DNA of 64,000 nt from Octopus sinensis (Eukaryota): assembly GCF_006345805.1 (NCBI RefSeq), contig NC_042998.1:81034001-81098000 (forward strand), read 5' to 3'. Made by a program: the position numbers and the translations under genes. The notes under the pieces were generated by a model. The model was not told the DNA's origin. It did no database searches and saw nothing but the letters and a program-made list of their open reading frames with translations. Shown here piece after piece: positions 13,385 through 26,751 of the stretch (position 1 is the stretch's first letter; every line of letters starts with the position of its first letter).

Positions 13385-13780
13385 GCCAGTTGGCAGACTC
13401 GTTGGCACACCAGGCAAAATGATAAGCGGCATTTTGTCCCTCTTTACGTTCCAAGTTCAAATTCCGTTGAGTTCGACTTTATTTTTTCGGTGTCGATAAG
13501 TAAAACACTGCAATCGACTAATCCCTTTAAAAATTTTCAGGCCTTCGACCTTTAGTGGAAAAAATTATTCAAGGATAACAGGAAGGTGGATAGCTGGCAG
13601 ATCATTAGCGTGGTGGGTAAAGGGTTAGCGACATTTTGTCCGTCCTTACGTTCATTGTTCAAATTCGGCTGCAGTCGTTTTTACCTTTTAGAGTCGATAA
13701 ATAAAGTGCCAGTTGTGCACTAGAGTCGATGTAATCGACTTATTCCAGAAGTTCGTGACAATATGCCAAAATTTAAAACC
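13385..13780 (+). mobile_element. Two adjacent degraded Nin-like SINE monomers
   Basis: Two heads (ttggcagactcgttggcac; gctggcagatcattagcg), each followed by gttcaaattc and gtcgataa modules. Confidence 0.65.
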
Positions 13781-13894
13781 ATTATTTCAGTATGAATCAC
13801 GCTGTTAGCAGAATTGGTAAATTATTCGTAAAACAAAATATTTTTCGTACAGAAGAAACAAATGCAAAAAATGAACCTCAATGTATATGTATAC

Positions 13895-13896
<2 letters not shown>

Positions 13897-13986
<90 letters not shown>

Positions 13987-13997
13987 CTTATCTATCT
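13897..13997. repeat. (TATC)n microsatellite, left flank of the Tx1-like LINE
   Basis: Direct reading. Confidence 0.95.
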
Positions 13998-15587
13998 GGT
14001 GGGGCGCTGATCAATTTGGATCAATCAAAAGCTTTCGATAGGGTAGATCATAACTTTTTGGAGGCTGTCCTTAAAGCGGCTGGTTTCGGTCCCATCTTCC
14101 GCGGTTATATCGCCGCCTTATACAGCAGTATCCGCTCGGTAGTTCGCGTAAATGGTCATCTATCCAGACCATTTAACATCATGCGTTCGGTTTGTCAAGG
14201 ATGTATTGACTCTTGAGCCACTACTCAAGAGTCAATACATACAAAAGCTGGCGACGTGAGCTGGAATGCGGGAGGAGCGTATCTGCATACGCGGACGACG
14301 TCACCGTCATACTGTCGAGCAGAAACACATCGACCTGGTCGGCGAGACATTGTCCCGTCGTGCATTGTTCCGACCCTACCATCACCAAACTGGAACGCAT
14401 TTTCTTCTGCTGCATGCAGTGGTTGATGATGCGCAGACACCCGCTGAGACCGCGACATCTACGGCTCTACGTAAACAACCGTGAACAGGCATGCGCCGAG
14501 ACTGCGACATCTCCGGAACTTCATCGATGACGGTGAACAGGTGTGGGCGCCATTTGTGAGGCGCGATTTCCGGCAGCTCGTCTCCATGACCGAACTGCAG
14601 TCGTAGATCAAAAAGAAGCCAAGGAAGGGCGAATGGCACCGTGATTGTCGCGTTGCTCTCAAGCAACTATGTCGTCCCGGGTCTACCTTGAGCGACTACA
14701 ACACAACCAAAGCATTCTATAGGGGATTAGTGGAGGGAAGGCACGACGACGTTCTCGGGGCGAACCTGGGCATCAACGAGAAATACCTGACCCGCTTGTT
14801 CAAGACGACTTTCGGGCCGGGATCTATGGACAACTTCCAGAGATCCCTGGCCTGGCAGTGCTTTCGAGAAGCGCTACCCGTTCGAGATAAGCTCTACAGG
14901 CATGGCTCGAGAAACACGGGGCGGACCTGCCCGAGATGCGATCAGAGCGACGAAACCGTCCTGCACGCACTCGTACAGTGTCCAACCATTTCCGACCCGT
15001 GGGCCTATGTCGAACAACTGCTATCGTGTGTGGGACGAATCAGTTTATCAACCAAGTCTATCGTGAATAATGTCGCGCTTCCTTCCTTGAAACGGGAAAG
15101 AAGAGCCTTTTTCACCGCACTTGTGGCTATGGCGAAAGAATGCGTATGGTAGACGCGTCTGAAAGGTCTAGAGACAAATACTTTCCTCTCTGGTCAATCT
15201 CTCATCAAATTATTCAAGTATCACTTGAAGAGGAAAGTGAGAGTAGAGAGAGAAGTTTTGTCTAGTGAATGTTTAAAAAAAAGATGAGTGAATGTAGCAA
15301 AAATGGCACATGTCAATGACGGAGCCACCTTGAGCATGGTCCTATGGAAGGAAACAAGTAACTTACTGTAATGTGTTTTTTGCATGACTACGGATAAACC
15401 TAATCTGTTTCCCATTTTACACTATGATACTTCTGTGATACACGATCCCTATTGATCGTTTTTTTTTACCACGTTCCTTTTTGATAGAAATTATATCCCC
15501 TTTTATTTTGTTTCCTTCCCAAAAGGAAACGCTCTACTTTGTAGTTTGTCCCCTGTGTGTTCAACCCTGTGTGGCCAATAAAGAAAC
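13998..15587 (+). mobile_element. 5'-truncated, internally deleted Tx1/L1-clade LINE
   Basis: LDQSKAFDRVDH, QGC and SAYADDVTV RT motifs; C-terminal CPRC...ETVLHALVQC zinc motif; 3' UTR ending with AATAAA at 15577. Confidence 0.9.
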
Positions 15588-15743
<156 letters not shown>

Positions 15744-16152
15744 TCTCTTCTCTTTCTCTCTCTCTACACACACCACACACTCTCTACACACACACCACAC
15801 ACATACACATTTATGTACGTGCATGTATGACTGTGTGTGTGCGTGCATATAGATATATAGATATGTGCTTGAGCTCATTTTATCTTCCTATTTTTTGTTA
15901 CTCAAACAATATCTTCTGTAATATATCAAAATATAGAGTAGCACTTCTCAATCGTCCTAAAAGCACTTACTTGCAAATAAGATTAACCAGAGGACTAGAA
16001 GCCATGAGGGTAAAGTAAATATTCACCTCAAGAATATTTCCATATATAAACACTGATGTTGGACTACCTTCCTCCCTCTCTATCTTTCTCACTCTCTCTC
16101 TCAGTGTCTCTCACTCTTTCTCTCTTTTCTATCTCTGTATGTGTATGTATGC

Positions 16153-16217
<65 letters not shown>

Positions 16218-16377
16218 TTTGTGTATTTTCCCTTGTTAACAATTAACACGAAAAAATATATAGAGAGTTACCAGGGTAGCTAAAATCCCACAAGTAAAAA
16301 GGTTGTAACTCCTTGTTTTTAAAGGTAGAAACTTCGGGTTTACGTGAAATATCTTGTATAATATATATATATATATA

Positions 16378-17184
16378 TATATAAATGTAGTTAAACGCAA
16401 GTGTTATTCAAATTCTTTTACGTCCGACACATGTCTCGAAGTTATGACTGGTATTATTCCAAAGGAATAAAATGGTGTAAAACAATGTAGTCTCTTCAGG
16501 GAAATGAAGAAATGAAACTCGTCAATAAGACATTTCAACAGAAAATGATGGATATGTACAGTGATTAACTAAACGCTATTAAGTTTGTTTAAAAAATGTT
16601 ATAGGATATAACGTCAAATGTAGCCTATAGAAAGAGGAGGGATAAAGGAAAGAAAAACTAAATGAATAAGAAGTATATAACTATATGTATATTAAATATA
16701 ACCATATAGACTTGGAAAAAGATATATCAAGTGAGTGTGAAATGTAAGAAGAAAATTAATGTTATATTATATATAATATATATATATATAAATGTAGTTA
16801 AACGCAAGTGTTATTCAATTCTTTTACGTCCGACACATGTCTCGAAGTTATGACTGGTATTATTCCAAAGGAATAAAATGGTGTAAAACAATGTAGTCTC
16901 TTCAGGGAAATGAAGAAATGAAACTCGTCAATAAGACATTTCAACAGAAAATGATGGATATGTACAGTGATTAACTAAACGCTATTAAGTTTGTTTAAAA
17001 AATGTTATAGGATATAACGTCAAATGTAGCCTATAGAAAGAGGAGGGATAAAGGAAAGAAAAACTAAATGAATAAGAAGTATATAACTATATGTATATTA
17101 AATATAACCATATAGACTTGGAAAAAGATATATCAAGTGAGTGTGAAATGTAAGAAGAAAATTAATGTTTATATTATATATAAT
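16378..17184. repeat. Near-identical ~407-bp tandem duplication
   Basis: aaatgtagttaaacgc starts at 16383 and 16790; the copies differ only by single-base indels that I could see; junctions lie in (TA)n. Confidence 0.95.
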
Positions 17185-17398
17185 GATAGCTATCACTTAT
17201 ATGAACTAAAGGTGTGTTTCTGCCAATGTTTACATCAGTATGCACGCTCTATAACCGAGTTTACAAGGGGATTTTTAGAAAAAAGGAAAAAAAAAGAATA
17301 ATTCAGAATTACAGAGAAGACAGAATTCCTTGCCTTTGTCATAAGGTATCAAGATTGAAGAGAATTAGCTAATCTAAATTAAATTTCTAAGTCTATAT

Positions 17399-17787
17399 GG
17401 CGCTGTGTGGCGCGACCGGGTGCTTGGCGGTATAACCACGTGGGCAGACTGGGCTCGTTAGCCTTGGTTGGCAGCCAGTCTAGGAGAAGGAAAACTCTGA
17501 CTCCAAACCCTCGCTCCGCTGCCTTGCGGATGCTCTAGGGAGAGGGAAAGCTATGGGAGTAAACCCAGACAGAAAATCCGGAGTGGAGCCCCGAAGGCGG
17601 TAGGGTGTCGAATCTCGACCCCTTTCCGGCAACTCCTGCAGCCAACCAGACTCCAAACGTACTGCACTGCATTCCTTTGGATTATGTCGGGGTGGGGGGC
17701 GAGAGGGAGATTCTGGTGTCTGGGCAGCCCAGTGTCTTCGTTTCTACCGCCCAGGCTTGCGCCATGGAGAAAACTACTCCATCGATG
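17399..17787 (+). mobile_element. RTE-type LINE 5' UTR-like fragment
   Basis: GC-rich island with ggcagccagtctaggagaaggaaaactctga, a motif I recall from RTE 5' regions (not verified by search). Confidence 0.55.
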
Positions 17788-17788
17788 G

Positions 17789-17828
<40 letters not shown>

Positions 17829-17835
17829 GTATGCA

Positions 17836-18221
17836 TTCTTTTATTATATTTGTTTCAGCCGTTTGATGGCGGCCTTGGTTGAGTACCGCCTTTTCTTTTA
17901 GTCGAAGAAATCGACCGCAGGACTTATTCTTTGTAAGCCTAGTACTTATTCTATCGAACTGGTTTTGCCGAACCGCTAAGTTAAGCGAACGTACACACAC
18001 CACCATCGGTTGTCAAGCACAAACATTTGCACACACACACACACGCACCCCCACATATATATACGACAAGCTTCTTTAAGTTTCCGTCTACGTAACCCAC
18101 TCACAAGGCTTTGGTTGGTCCGGGGCAATAGTAGAAGACAGTCGACCAAGGTTCCACGCAGTGGGACTGAAGCCGGGACCATGTAGTTGAGAAGCAAGAT
18201 ACTTACCACACAGCCATTCCT
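17836..18221 (-). mobile_element. CORE-like tRNA SINE with internal (TA)/(TG) microsatellite
   Basis: Homologous throughout to 49751-50225. Confidence 0.85.
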
Positions 18222-18363
18222 ATATATCAATGTGGCTAGAAATATATTTGATTATATACTGTTACGCTGCGTCCCTTATGTTCTTTGAATAATCAGCAAA
18301 ACTCGCAGTAACAGTTTAAGACGCCCTTAGCTACTGATACATACATACATTCATACGAAGGTA

Positions 18364-18434
<71 letters not shown>

Positions 18435-20168
18435 TAAAGAAAGGATTCTACAATTCAAGTTTCTGTATTTACTCTTATGAGGAACAATTTATTCTAGAAT
18501 GCACGAATGAGCACACTCTATAGGTAAGAGTTCATCGTCATATCAACGAGTTGTTTTTAAAAATTACTACATACAAATCTAAGTATAGTTACTTTCTCAT
18601 GTATAGCTCGATTTAGGTTGTCAGAGAGGCAGTACCTACTACTTCTATGACAAATTTGATGAAAAACGCAGTATATTAATAAAGGGTCTAACCAACCACT
18701 GATAATTATTAGCACTATAGTTAAAAGTATTAGTAACTCTGTGTCTGTTTTGTTGATGGATTGGGTTCGACAGTTGTGTCAGCAGTGTCCATGTAAAATG
18801 AAATAATGTCAATTTACCTCAATTTTGCAATGGATTTCGAGAATGATGAAAAATGTAGCCAAGATTTGAGTGAATTTTACGTGGTGAAGAATAGTTGAGA
18901 TGTGAGAAACACTAAGTTTACAGTTATCCAATGTGGAGAGGTTGTCGATTAGGCAAAAATACTAAGGAATTTGATAGAAATGTCTAAGATGGCAACGATT
19001 TGTTATAGACAGAAACGAATGATAAGTGTTAGCTGATTTGTTGTGACTGAAATGACACCGAAATAGACAAAAAACTGGGGGCTCAACGCCATCAACAAAT
19101 AACTTGCTATAAGAAGAGTTAATCTTATTCCAATAAATAATTCCATACCTAATTAAAAGCGAGAAAGTAGCGTACGATACCAAACTTTACATCTTAACCT
19201 TTCTCAGTCAGAGTATGGGCTGTTGTAATTTTGCATATAGCATCTCTAAGATTGATAAATATACATTAGGGGTATAATAAGATCGAATCAATTACCTATA
19301 CACTCATTCAAGTGTGCATTACTGTTAATGAGCGTAGTCATAAAATTAATGTTCACATATTAAAGATGAGGATAAATGATATTATTCACGTTGAGTAAGT
19401 ATTGAGAATGCTAAAATATAATCGATTTTGTAATGTATCAACTGAAAGATGAAATTCATGAATTGATAATACAACAGATTGTTAGTGCATTGATAGGGAC
19501 ATATACTTTCTGGGCATTACCAATTATATTCATATCTTCTTGTCTAAAACCATCGCACACAAATCTAATACCTCTTTGTGTACGACTTCAAATAATAAAC
19601 ACACCACATCATATGTACTTGTTAGATGCACTCTTTACTGGTATAGTACTCTTAGCAAACTCTGAGCAGCTGCAGTGAGCCATGGAGGGATTGTGTATAA
19701 TGAATGCTTTATAACTAATTTGAGATTGCTGCGATCAGATATCAATTCACGTTTGAATTGATCTACGTTCCACTGTAATTTACAGATATGTAATCTGTAT
19801 ATATACGGTTTGACAGAATTAGGAAACTGTCGTAATGTTATAACACACTTATGCGTATATCTATAAAGAACTTGACAATGCTTGTATGTGAGAATAAACG
19901 AATATTATAACCTTGCTGTATCCCTAATTTTGAAATTTCTTTATGGGAACTGACACAGTATTTCAGTCGTCAAATGATGGTCTATAATAGTCATCAGATT
20001 TATATATGTCTATTGTTGAGCTAGGAACTTTTCTATAACTGCTGTATTCTGTCACTCAAAATACTTGCCTTTTGTCTTGGGGATTGTCAATTGCCAGTTT
20101 AAATAACACTAATAATGTTTACGCAACAAAGCAGTGATTTCCACAAAATGCAATCGATGTTTGATTAC

Positions 20169-20348
20169 CTAATTTCAAATGTGTTGCATTGCACCGGGGA
20201 TATTGAGGAGAAGGCAGGTCAAGGTCCCAAGGACAGATTAAGTCAGGTGAACCATACGAGCCCAGTGAAACATGTGGTTTGAAGGCGAATACTCTTGGAT
20301 TAGTATACATGCAGACTTTCTTTCCTCTGTCTTTTTCCGTGGTGACTC
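20169..20348 (-). CDS. Kelch-repeat protein, internal exon C (180 nt, phase 1 to 1)
   Basis: (G)VTTEKDRGKKVCMYTNPRVFAFKPHVSLGSYGSPDLICPWDLDLPSPQYPRCNATHLKL(G). Acceptor ttctttttcatatcttacag|GA, donor TAG|gtaatc. Joins exon D to give LGCKIYLFGG. Confidence 0.88.
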
Positions 20349-21223
20349 CTGTAAGATATGAAAAAGAAATCCAGTCATTCTATCATTCAACTTTTCATAA
20401 AAAGAATTCTTAAAAGTATTAAAATATATTCAGTATCCAGTAAGAGATATAGTGTTGATGTTGTGTTTATCCTTTCCTACATTTTTTTTGCAATAAAATT
20501 TACATGTATTCAAATATTTTAGTCGGCTGTCCGAAACGTTAGTTAACCACATATTGAATGTTTATATGGAGTCAGACGAAGAGTGGCTAACAAAGAAATT
20601 GTTAACTTTATCATAACCTAATATTATCTTCAGCTCGGGCAATCAATTTTCTTATTTTAAATCCGATCACTTATTTTAAAAGCAGTACCAAGTTTACCCC
20701 GCGTCTGTAGACGTGTAAAATAAAAATTTGTTTCGTGAGATATAATTTTACTGTAGTTATGTCACTAATATAGGAAGAATCCAATTATATGTTAAGTTTC
20801 AGAACTTTATCCATAACTAGTTATATAGGGCTATTGTTGTTGAAGAAAGAATATATTAATAAGAATCCACGTTCTCTATGTAATTTTCTATCTTAGCTCA
20901 AAATCATTTTACTTTGTAGATTCCGTAAATTCGTTTTAATCATAAATTGATAAGAAACTGTACTTAGTTGAAAAAAATATTTTGATAAAAGTCATAGACT
21001 AGGTACATAGCAAATCTGTATAAAAACCGAGAGGATTGTTGCTTCAAGGTTATGTTTCACACGTTGATCGCCACTTGCACGAAACTTGAACGAGGTAGAA
21101 AGTTGCAATTCAGTATTACGGGTTATTGTTTGCTCACTTTTTTTTTTATCTAATGAGTCTATATAATATATACATATATATGTATGTCGTGTAATTGGTA
21201 TAAATATATGAATATAGAATGCG

Positions 21224-21229
<6 letters not shown>

Positions 21230-21274
<45 letters not shown>

Positions 21275-21311
21275 TAATAATAATAATATTAATAACAATA
21301 ACAATAACAAT

Positions 21312-21367
<56 letters not shown>

Positions 21368-21388
21368 GAAGAAGAAGAAGAAGAAGAA
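21230..21388. repeat. (AAT)n then (AAG)n microsatellite
   Basis: Direct reading. Confidence 0.95.
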
Positions 21389-21517
21389 GAACACTTTCCA
21401 TACAATAACCACCAGAGCATCACAACAAATCACAGCACATACCCAAGCACACAGAGCTGTACTCGGTAGTGAAGTGAAAGCACGATATAAAAAATATACT
21501 ACTGAATAATAATAATA
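21384..21517 (+). mobile_element. 3' end of a Dong/R4-like LINE with (AAT)n tail
   Basis: RRTLSIQ* resembles the C-terminus of RLE-type ORFs; a ~100-nt UTR follows, then aataataat. Confidence 0.5.
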
Positions 21518-21518
21518 T

Positions 21519-21910
21519 GACCTTAACCAGTTGAGCATGTCCCTTAGTGGCTGACGATATGTGCATCTCTGATCATGAGCAGAAGTAGTGGGGGAGCATC
21601 ATAGCCATGTGTTGAGAGGGATTCTTTGGGGTTTGAATAATTCACCTCTGGAAACATGGGTGTTTCGTTCAACATCCTTAACAACCCTTATTCAGGGACC
21701 TTTTGAGCGGGGTGGGTTACTCGACCAGAAGAAAGTTCTAACTGGGCCCCTTCTGCAAGGTCATGTGCTGTTTATTTTGATATGAGATCAACATGTCACG
21801 CACATATGGTTGTGATGCATGTGCCTAGTGTACCCTTATCAGATGGGTATACTGGGCTTTGTATATTTTACCCCAGTGTCACTTTGATGGCATGCACTGC
21901 TCTCTCACTC

Positions 21911-21980
<70 letters not shown>
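21519..21980 (+). mobile_element. Unclassified retroposon 3' end with (AAT)n tail
   Basis: GC-elevated ~390-bp block flanked on both sides by (AAT)n, with a subterminal hairpin actggg...cccagt. Confidence 0.5.
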
Positions 21981-21985
<5 letters not shown>

Positions 21986-21999
21986 AACAACAGCAATAA

Positions 22000-23630
22000 C
22001 ACTGTGCAGCAAATTTCGGTGTCAAGACAAAAACATAATTCTCATGTGCATTTTATGAAGTGGATTGTGTTAAATTCGAATTTTATAACAAAAATTCCCA
22101 TCACGTCACATTTTCTAGTTAATTACCGATTTAATAACTATGCAATATAGACTAATTTTCACGATGCTATAGATTTATTTTGCTCCCAAAGTGAGATTAG
22201 GTAAGTCCATTGGATTAACCTACATTTTGATATTTACTTCGTTTGTAAGACGTCTCAGGTGTGACACGCTTAAGGTTCCAGCAGAAGTCAACTAGCATAG
22301 CTTCGCTCCATTTTCCCTTATACCTGTTTTCCATTGACGCTATACCTTGATGGAAAATCTCTCCATGTTCATCACTCACTCGCATTCTCTGGAAAGAAGG
22401 ACGGATGAGAATGAAGAAAGTGTATCTTCAGTGACATATTGTATCCGAGATCTTGGTAGCACTTGATTAGACTCTACACTATACTCTCTCCGGGCCAATT
22501 TGTGTTTCTCCAGAAGTCCTTTGCATACATCTTTAAATGCATGCCCGGACGCTAACTCAGTTTCATCCACTGTCGCCTTAGCAGCTACAAGTTGACGGTT
22601 CTGGGGGGCCTACGAACATGCCCTCTTTAATCTTGGCATCACTTATTTAAGGGAAGATTGCTTTGAGGTACTGGAAACATGGCTTCTTATGTTGCAGTGC
22701 TTTGGTAAATTGCTTCATTAGGACTAGTTTTATATGCAGTGGTGGCAAAATGATTTTCACCTTAACTAGTGGCTTGCAATTCACATTATTGTATCCAGGC
22801 GTCATAGTCTCCCGAGGTGGCCATTCTGAGCGTACATAATGTTCTGATCTGATCCTTCAAGTTTGTAGCCCTTTAAGTAGGGCTACTACTTTTAAGTCTG
22901 CACGAATTAGCCAATCATGCTCCTTGTAACTTATGCGGTCTAGAATAAAAGTGAGGTTCTCATATGTCTCTCTTTAAATGATTGAGTGAGCAATTAGAAC
23001 TGAAGGCATTGTGTTCCGAATGTGTAACAGAAAAGCTTTTATGCCGTAAAGGGATGCATCTATGAATAACCTGCACTCTTTTAGTTCATAGATCAGCTCA
23101 AGGGCATTGAATATCTCTGACATCATTGCAATAAGTGAAATTGTTTTCCAAAGTGAAGAATTACTGTAGATCAGCAGAACGCTTCTTAAATGCTGTAATT
23201 CGAGCATCTTTATCCAATAGGTTCCGTTGTTGCAGACGTTGAGCCAGGACTTCGCTCTGTTGATTAGCAAGTGTTAGATCACGAACTAGAACATTGAGTT
23301 CAGGTTGGGTGATGAGGTGTGGCTTCGTGTCAGATCTACCACGGATTTGCACTCATATAACTATAAAAATATTGGGTGTACTTTTATAATTTTGATAGAT
23401 TCGATTGACAAATACCTTAGTAACATCCCATTAAAATTATTTCAAATTCCGTTCATAACTTTTTAGAGTTATCAGTTTCGACCCAATCCTGTTTGCACTC
23501 AATTCCTACGGAGCCATCAGTGTACTTAACGTAAGTAAGATGGTAATTTACGAGAAACTGGGGGTCGCAGAAAGAAACGGATGTTATATTCGTGATCTAC
23601 AAAATATCCATAGAAAAATTTATTCTCATT
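22000..23630 (-). mobile_element. Chapaev3-like (CMC) DNA transposon remnant
   Basis: PHLITQPELNVLVRDL...LAQRLQQRNLL and RLFIDAS...KAFLLH...PSVLIAHS resemble Chapaev-3-type transposases; CACTG terminus at 22000. Confidence 0.65.
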
Positions 23631-23639
23631 TCTGTTTTT

Positions 23640-24640
23640 TTTTCTCTGATCCTCTCTCCGTCGTGTGTAGGAACTTCCGCTTGTAACGGTGTGTTTTGGA
23701 ATCCAGTGTATTTATAATTTTTTCCACTAACGGATCTGATTTTTGATTTGTTAAAGAACTGATGACATTTTGCTTTTCCGGTGATCAAGTTTGTCGTTCT
23801 GTTTGATAGGCTTCCCTGTGAGGAACGGTCATCAGTCGTTCCGGTTGATTGATTCTTTTAAAGGGTGATTTTGTTGTAATTGCTGAAGTTCGGTTTTGAT
23901 TGGTCTAAAGTTAGGTGACGTCAGCAACTGGTGTTTGTAAAATTTCATTGATCTAGAGATAGGTGACGTCGACAGGTTGTGTTTGTATGGTGTTATTGTA
24001 TGGTGATTTGGAGATGCGGTTTTGAAACCCGGGTGGAAGATTGTTACTATTTTTTTTTAAATAGTTGTTCCTGGTTGTTTTTTGTGGAAAAATTGAGTAT
24101 TTTATCCTTTTTCTCTTTAGTGTTTTTTCTTCTTTCTAGAAGATATTTAGCTGTTGTTTATATTTTTTAATGAGTATGCTTTCCTTATTTAAACAGAATT
24201 GCGTTGAAGTGTTTCTGGTGCATTGACAGAGAAAGAAGATTTGGTATTTCGGGTTTATGTTAACAGGGTATTGGCCTAGGTGTTTGCTTACGAGAAGTTT
24301 CCTAATCCTGGGGTCCCGGATTTGTTGCCTGTGCACCGTTAGTCCGTCCCTCAAGGTTAAACTAGCTTGACATATGTAGTCTCCACCACACCCTCCACAT
24401 TTGAGAACATAGATTAAAAAATGTGATTTTTTAATTGGAAAAGTTTGACCTGACTTAAATTTGTATCTTGAGTCCTCTAAGAAGAAGATGCAAGTTCTGC
24501 AGTTAGGGCGGTTGCACTTTTTTTTAATAGTAGGGTTGTATTTTTGTTGGGCAATTTGGCTCTGGTGAGTAACTCTTTTAGGGATTGCGGTTGTCTCTTA
24601 CTTTTAATAATCCTATGTGTTTCCAGTGCCTTTTTCATTC
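23640..24640 (-). mobile_element. Penelope-like element 3' part (GIY-YIG endonuclease remnant)
   Basis: Manual translation gives KSKRQPQSLKELLTRAK, KCNRPNCRTC and LIYVLKCGGCGGDYICQ...TVHRQQIRDP. Confidence 0.8.
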
Positions 24641-24849
24641 GTATGTCTTTAATAAGGAAGAAAAAATCTGTAAATCATTCAAAACCTCACTAATGCATAA
24701 ATATGAAAATAACCCTAATCCTGGAAGAGAAAAAATAACTTCATCTGTCAACAGCCTTCCGATATCAAGAAAGCTATACTTCGAGTATGGGAAAAACATG
24801 ATAAAAATCATAAATTCGCTTTCTGGAATATAGTCAATTCCAATAAATT

Positions 24850-25800
24850 CCAATAAAGTAGAGATTTTCCAATGAAGCAGAGATATACGAGAGACGGCTC
24901 AGTTCAACTTCTTATATTCTCCCCAGAAAGCTACAAATTAAAGCCATCCCCAACGAACCAGCAAAATAGAGAGAACCTAAGGAGAAAATGTTTCTGGAGA
25001 ACTTCACAATGGAGATAGAAATCTTGAAACTCAGAGCTCAATCCCACCAAGAAAAGATTACCTCAATTGATGAAGAAATGACAGTTGAAATAGCGAAAAT
25101 AGATCAAGGGGGACTTTTTGATAATACCATTCCACTTTGGAGAAAGAACTGTGAAAACGAAGAAGTAATCTTACTTCAAAGGTGGGAAAAAAAGCAACGA
25201 TTGATTCAATAACTGTGAAGAAAAATCCAAGGGGGAATACCAATCTGATAACTTTTTCTTGAAAAACAAAAAGAAAACTAAAACTTACGAACTCCACACA
25301 ATCGGAAGAAAGTCACTACCAGAACAATACCGGAATGCCCATCCAGAACCAAGAATAACCAGTACCCTTTCCAGGGTTCTAAATACTCATCAAAGACATA
25401 AAACGGGAAATTCCTTTACATTACAAGACGAGACACACCCACTCAAAGATACAGAAATCCATCTCACCCCAAAGAACCCTTCAGGTCTCCGAAGTAACAT
25501 ATTCGTGAATAAATCTTTCGGACAGAATTATAAGAGAAATAAGAAATAAGAGATTTCGAACAGGACCAAAGAAGAAGTAGGATCTTTTCCCGCTCGAGGC
25601 ATTTCTTCCACAATAACTACCTCGTCCAGACAGGATACAACCATTACGACAACCTCACTCAGACCCGACTGCAACGGAGAACCGACAATAGACCAAGGGT
25701 CAGCGGAAGGACATTCAACAGGAACACTAATTACTTATATAAGAAATCAAGAAACCTATTTTTAGATAAACTGGCCTAAAACCGGGACACTCGATGGCAC
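24850..25800 (+). mobile_element. Decayed ORF, probably the N-terminal region of a Penelope-like element
   Basis: A-rich interrupted reading frames (ILPRKLQIKAIPNEP; FLENFTMEIEILKLRAQSH...) next to the GIY-YIG remnant; the assignment is from recall. Confidence 0.4.
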
Positions 25801-25984
25801 CAACCAAATGTGAGATCCCGAAGGCGATAAATCTCTCACATAAAAACCTTTCAAACCAGCAAAGGGATTGAATTTCACCCCAACATTTAACGGTGTATAT
25901 ATCTGTGTGTGTTGTGCGCGCGCGCGAGCGCGTGTGTGTGTGTGTGTGTGTGCGTGCGTGTTAATGTGGGTGCGTGGAAAGATA

Positions 25985-26115
25985 CATGCTAGAGTGTTAC
26001 AGTCTCGATTACAGAATCAAGTCTTCGATTCCCAGGTCGGTGACACATTGTGTTCCTGAACAAAACACTTCAGTTCACGTTACTCCAGTCCATTCGGCTG
26101 TAAATAGGTAACCTT
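25985..26115 (+). mobile_element. Degraded CORE-SINE fragment
   Basis: ttcgattccc B-box followed by ttgtgttcctgaacaaaacactt...cacgttactccag, similar to 57220. Confidence 0.55.
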
Positions 26116-26260
26116 GCAATCAACTAACATTCTGTCCGAAGGATTTGATAGTCAACCAACCTCACCATCAGGGTCGCAACTCTCAAATGCCACAGTAAAG
26201 CAAGGAAGAACATTGTGGCCAGCGGTGTTTAACCACAGCCCACTCTCTGAAAGATAGAGC

Positions 26261-26323
<63 letters not shown>

Positions 26324-26328
26324 ACACA

Positions 26329-26530
26329 CTCTTTTACTTTTATATTTGTTTAAGTCATTTGACTGCGGCCATGCTGAAGCACTGCCCTTAGTTGAACAAA
26401 TCGACCGCAGGACTTATTCTTTGTAAGTCTAGTACTTATTTTATGGGTCTCATCTGCCGAACGGCTAAGTTACGGGGACGGAAACACATCAACATCGGTT
26501 GTCAAGCGATGAAGGGGGCAAACACAGAGA

Positions 26531-26595
<65 letters not shown>

Positions 26596-26751
26596 GAAGG
26601 GTTTCTTTCAGTTTCCGTCTTCCAAATCCACTCACAAGGCATTGGTCGTCCCGAGGCTATAGTAGAAGACACTTCCCCAAAGTGTCACGCAGTTGGACTG
26701 AAAACGGAACCATGTGGTTATTAAGCAAGCTACTTACTACACAGCCACTCC
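26329..26751 (-). mobile_element. CORE-like SINE with internal microsatellite
   Basis: Homologous to 49751-50225. Confidence 0.85.

Noticed and set aside
21146-21538. Poly-Leu, poly-Ile and poly-Asn ORFs, and the many YI/HT/CV/YLSI ORFs across the window
   Set aside because: Translations of (AAT)n, (TA)n, (CA)n and (TATC)n microsatellites.
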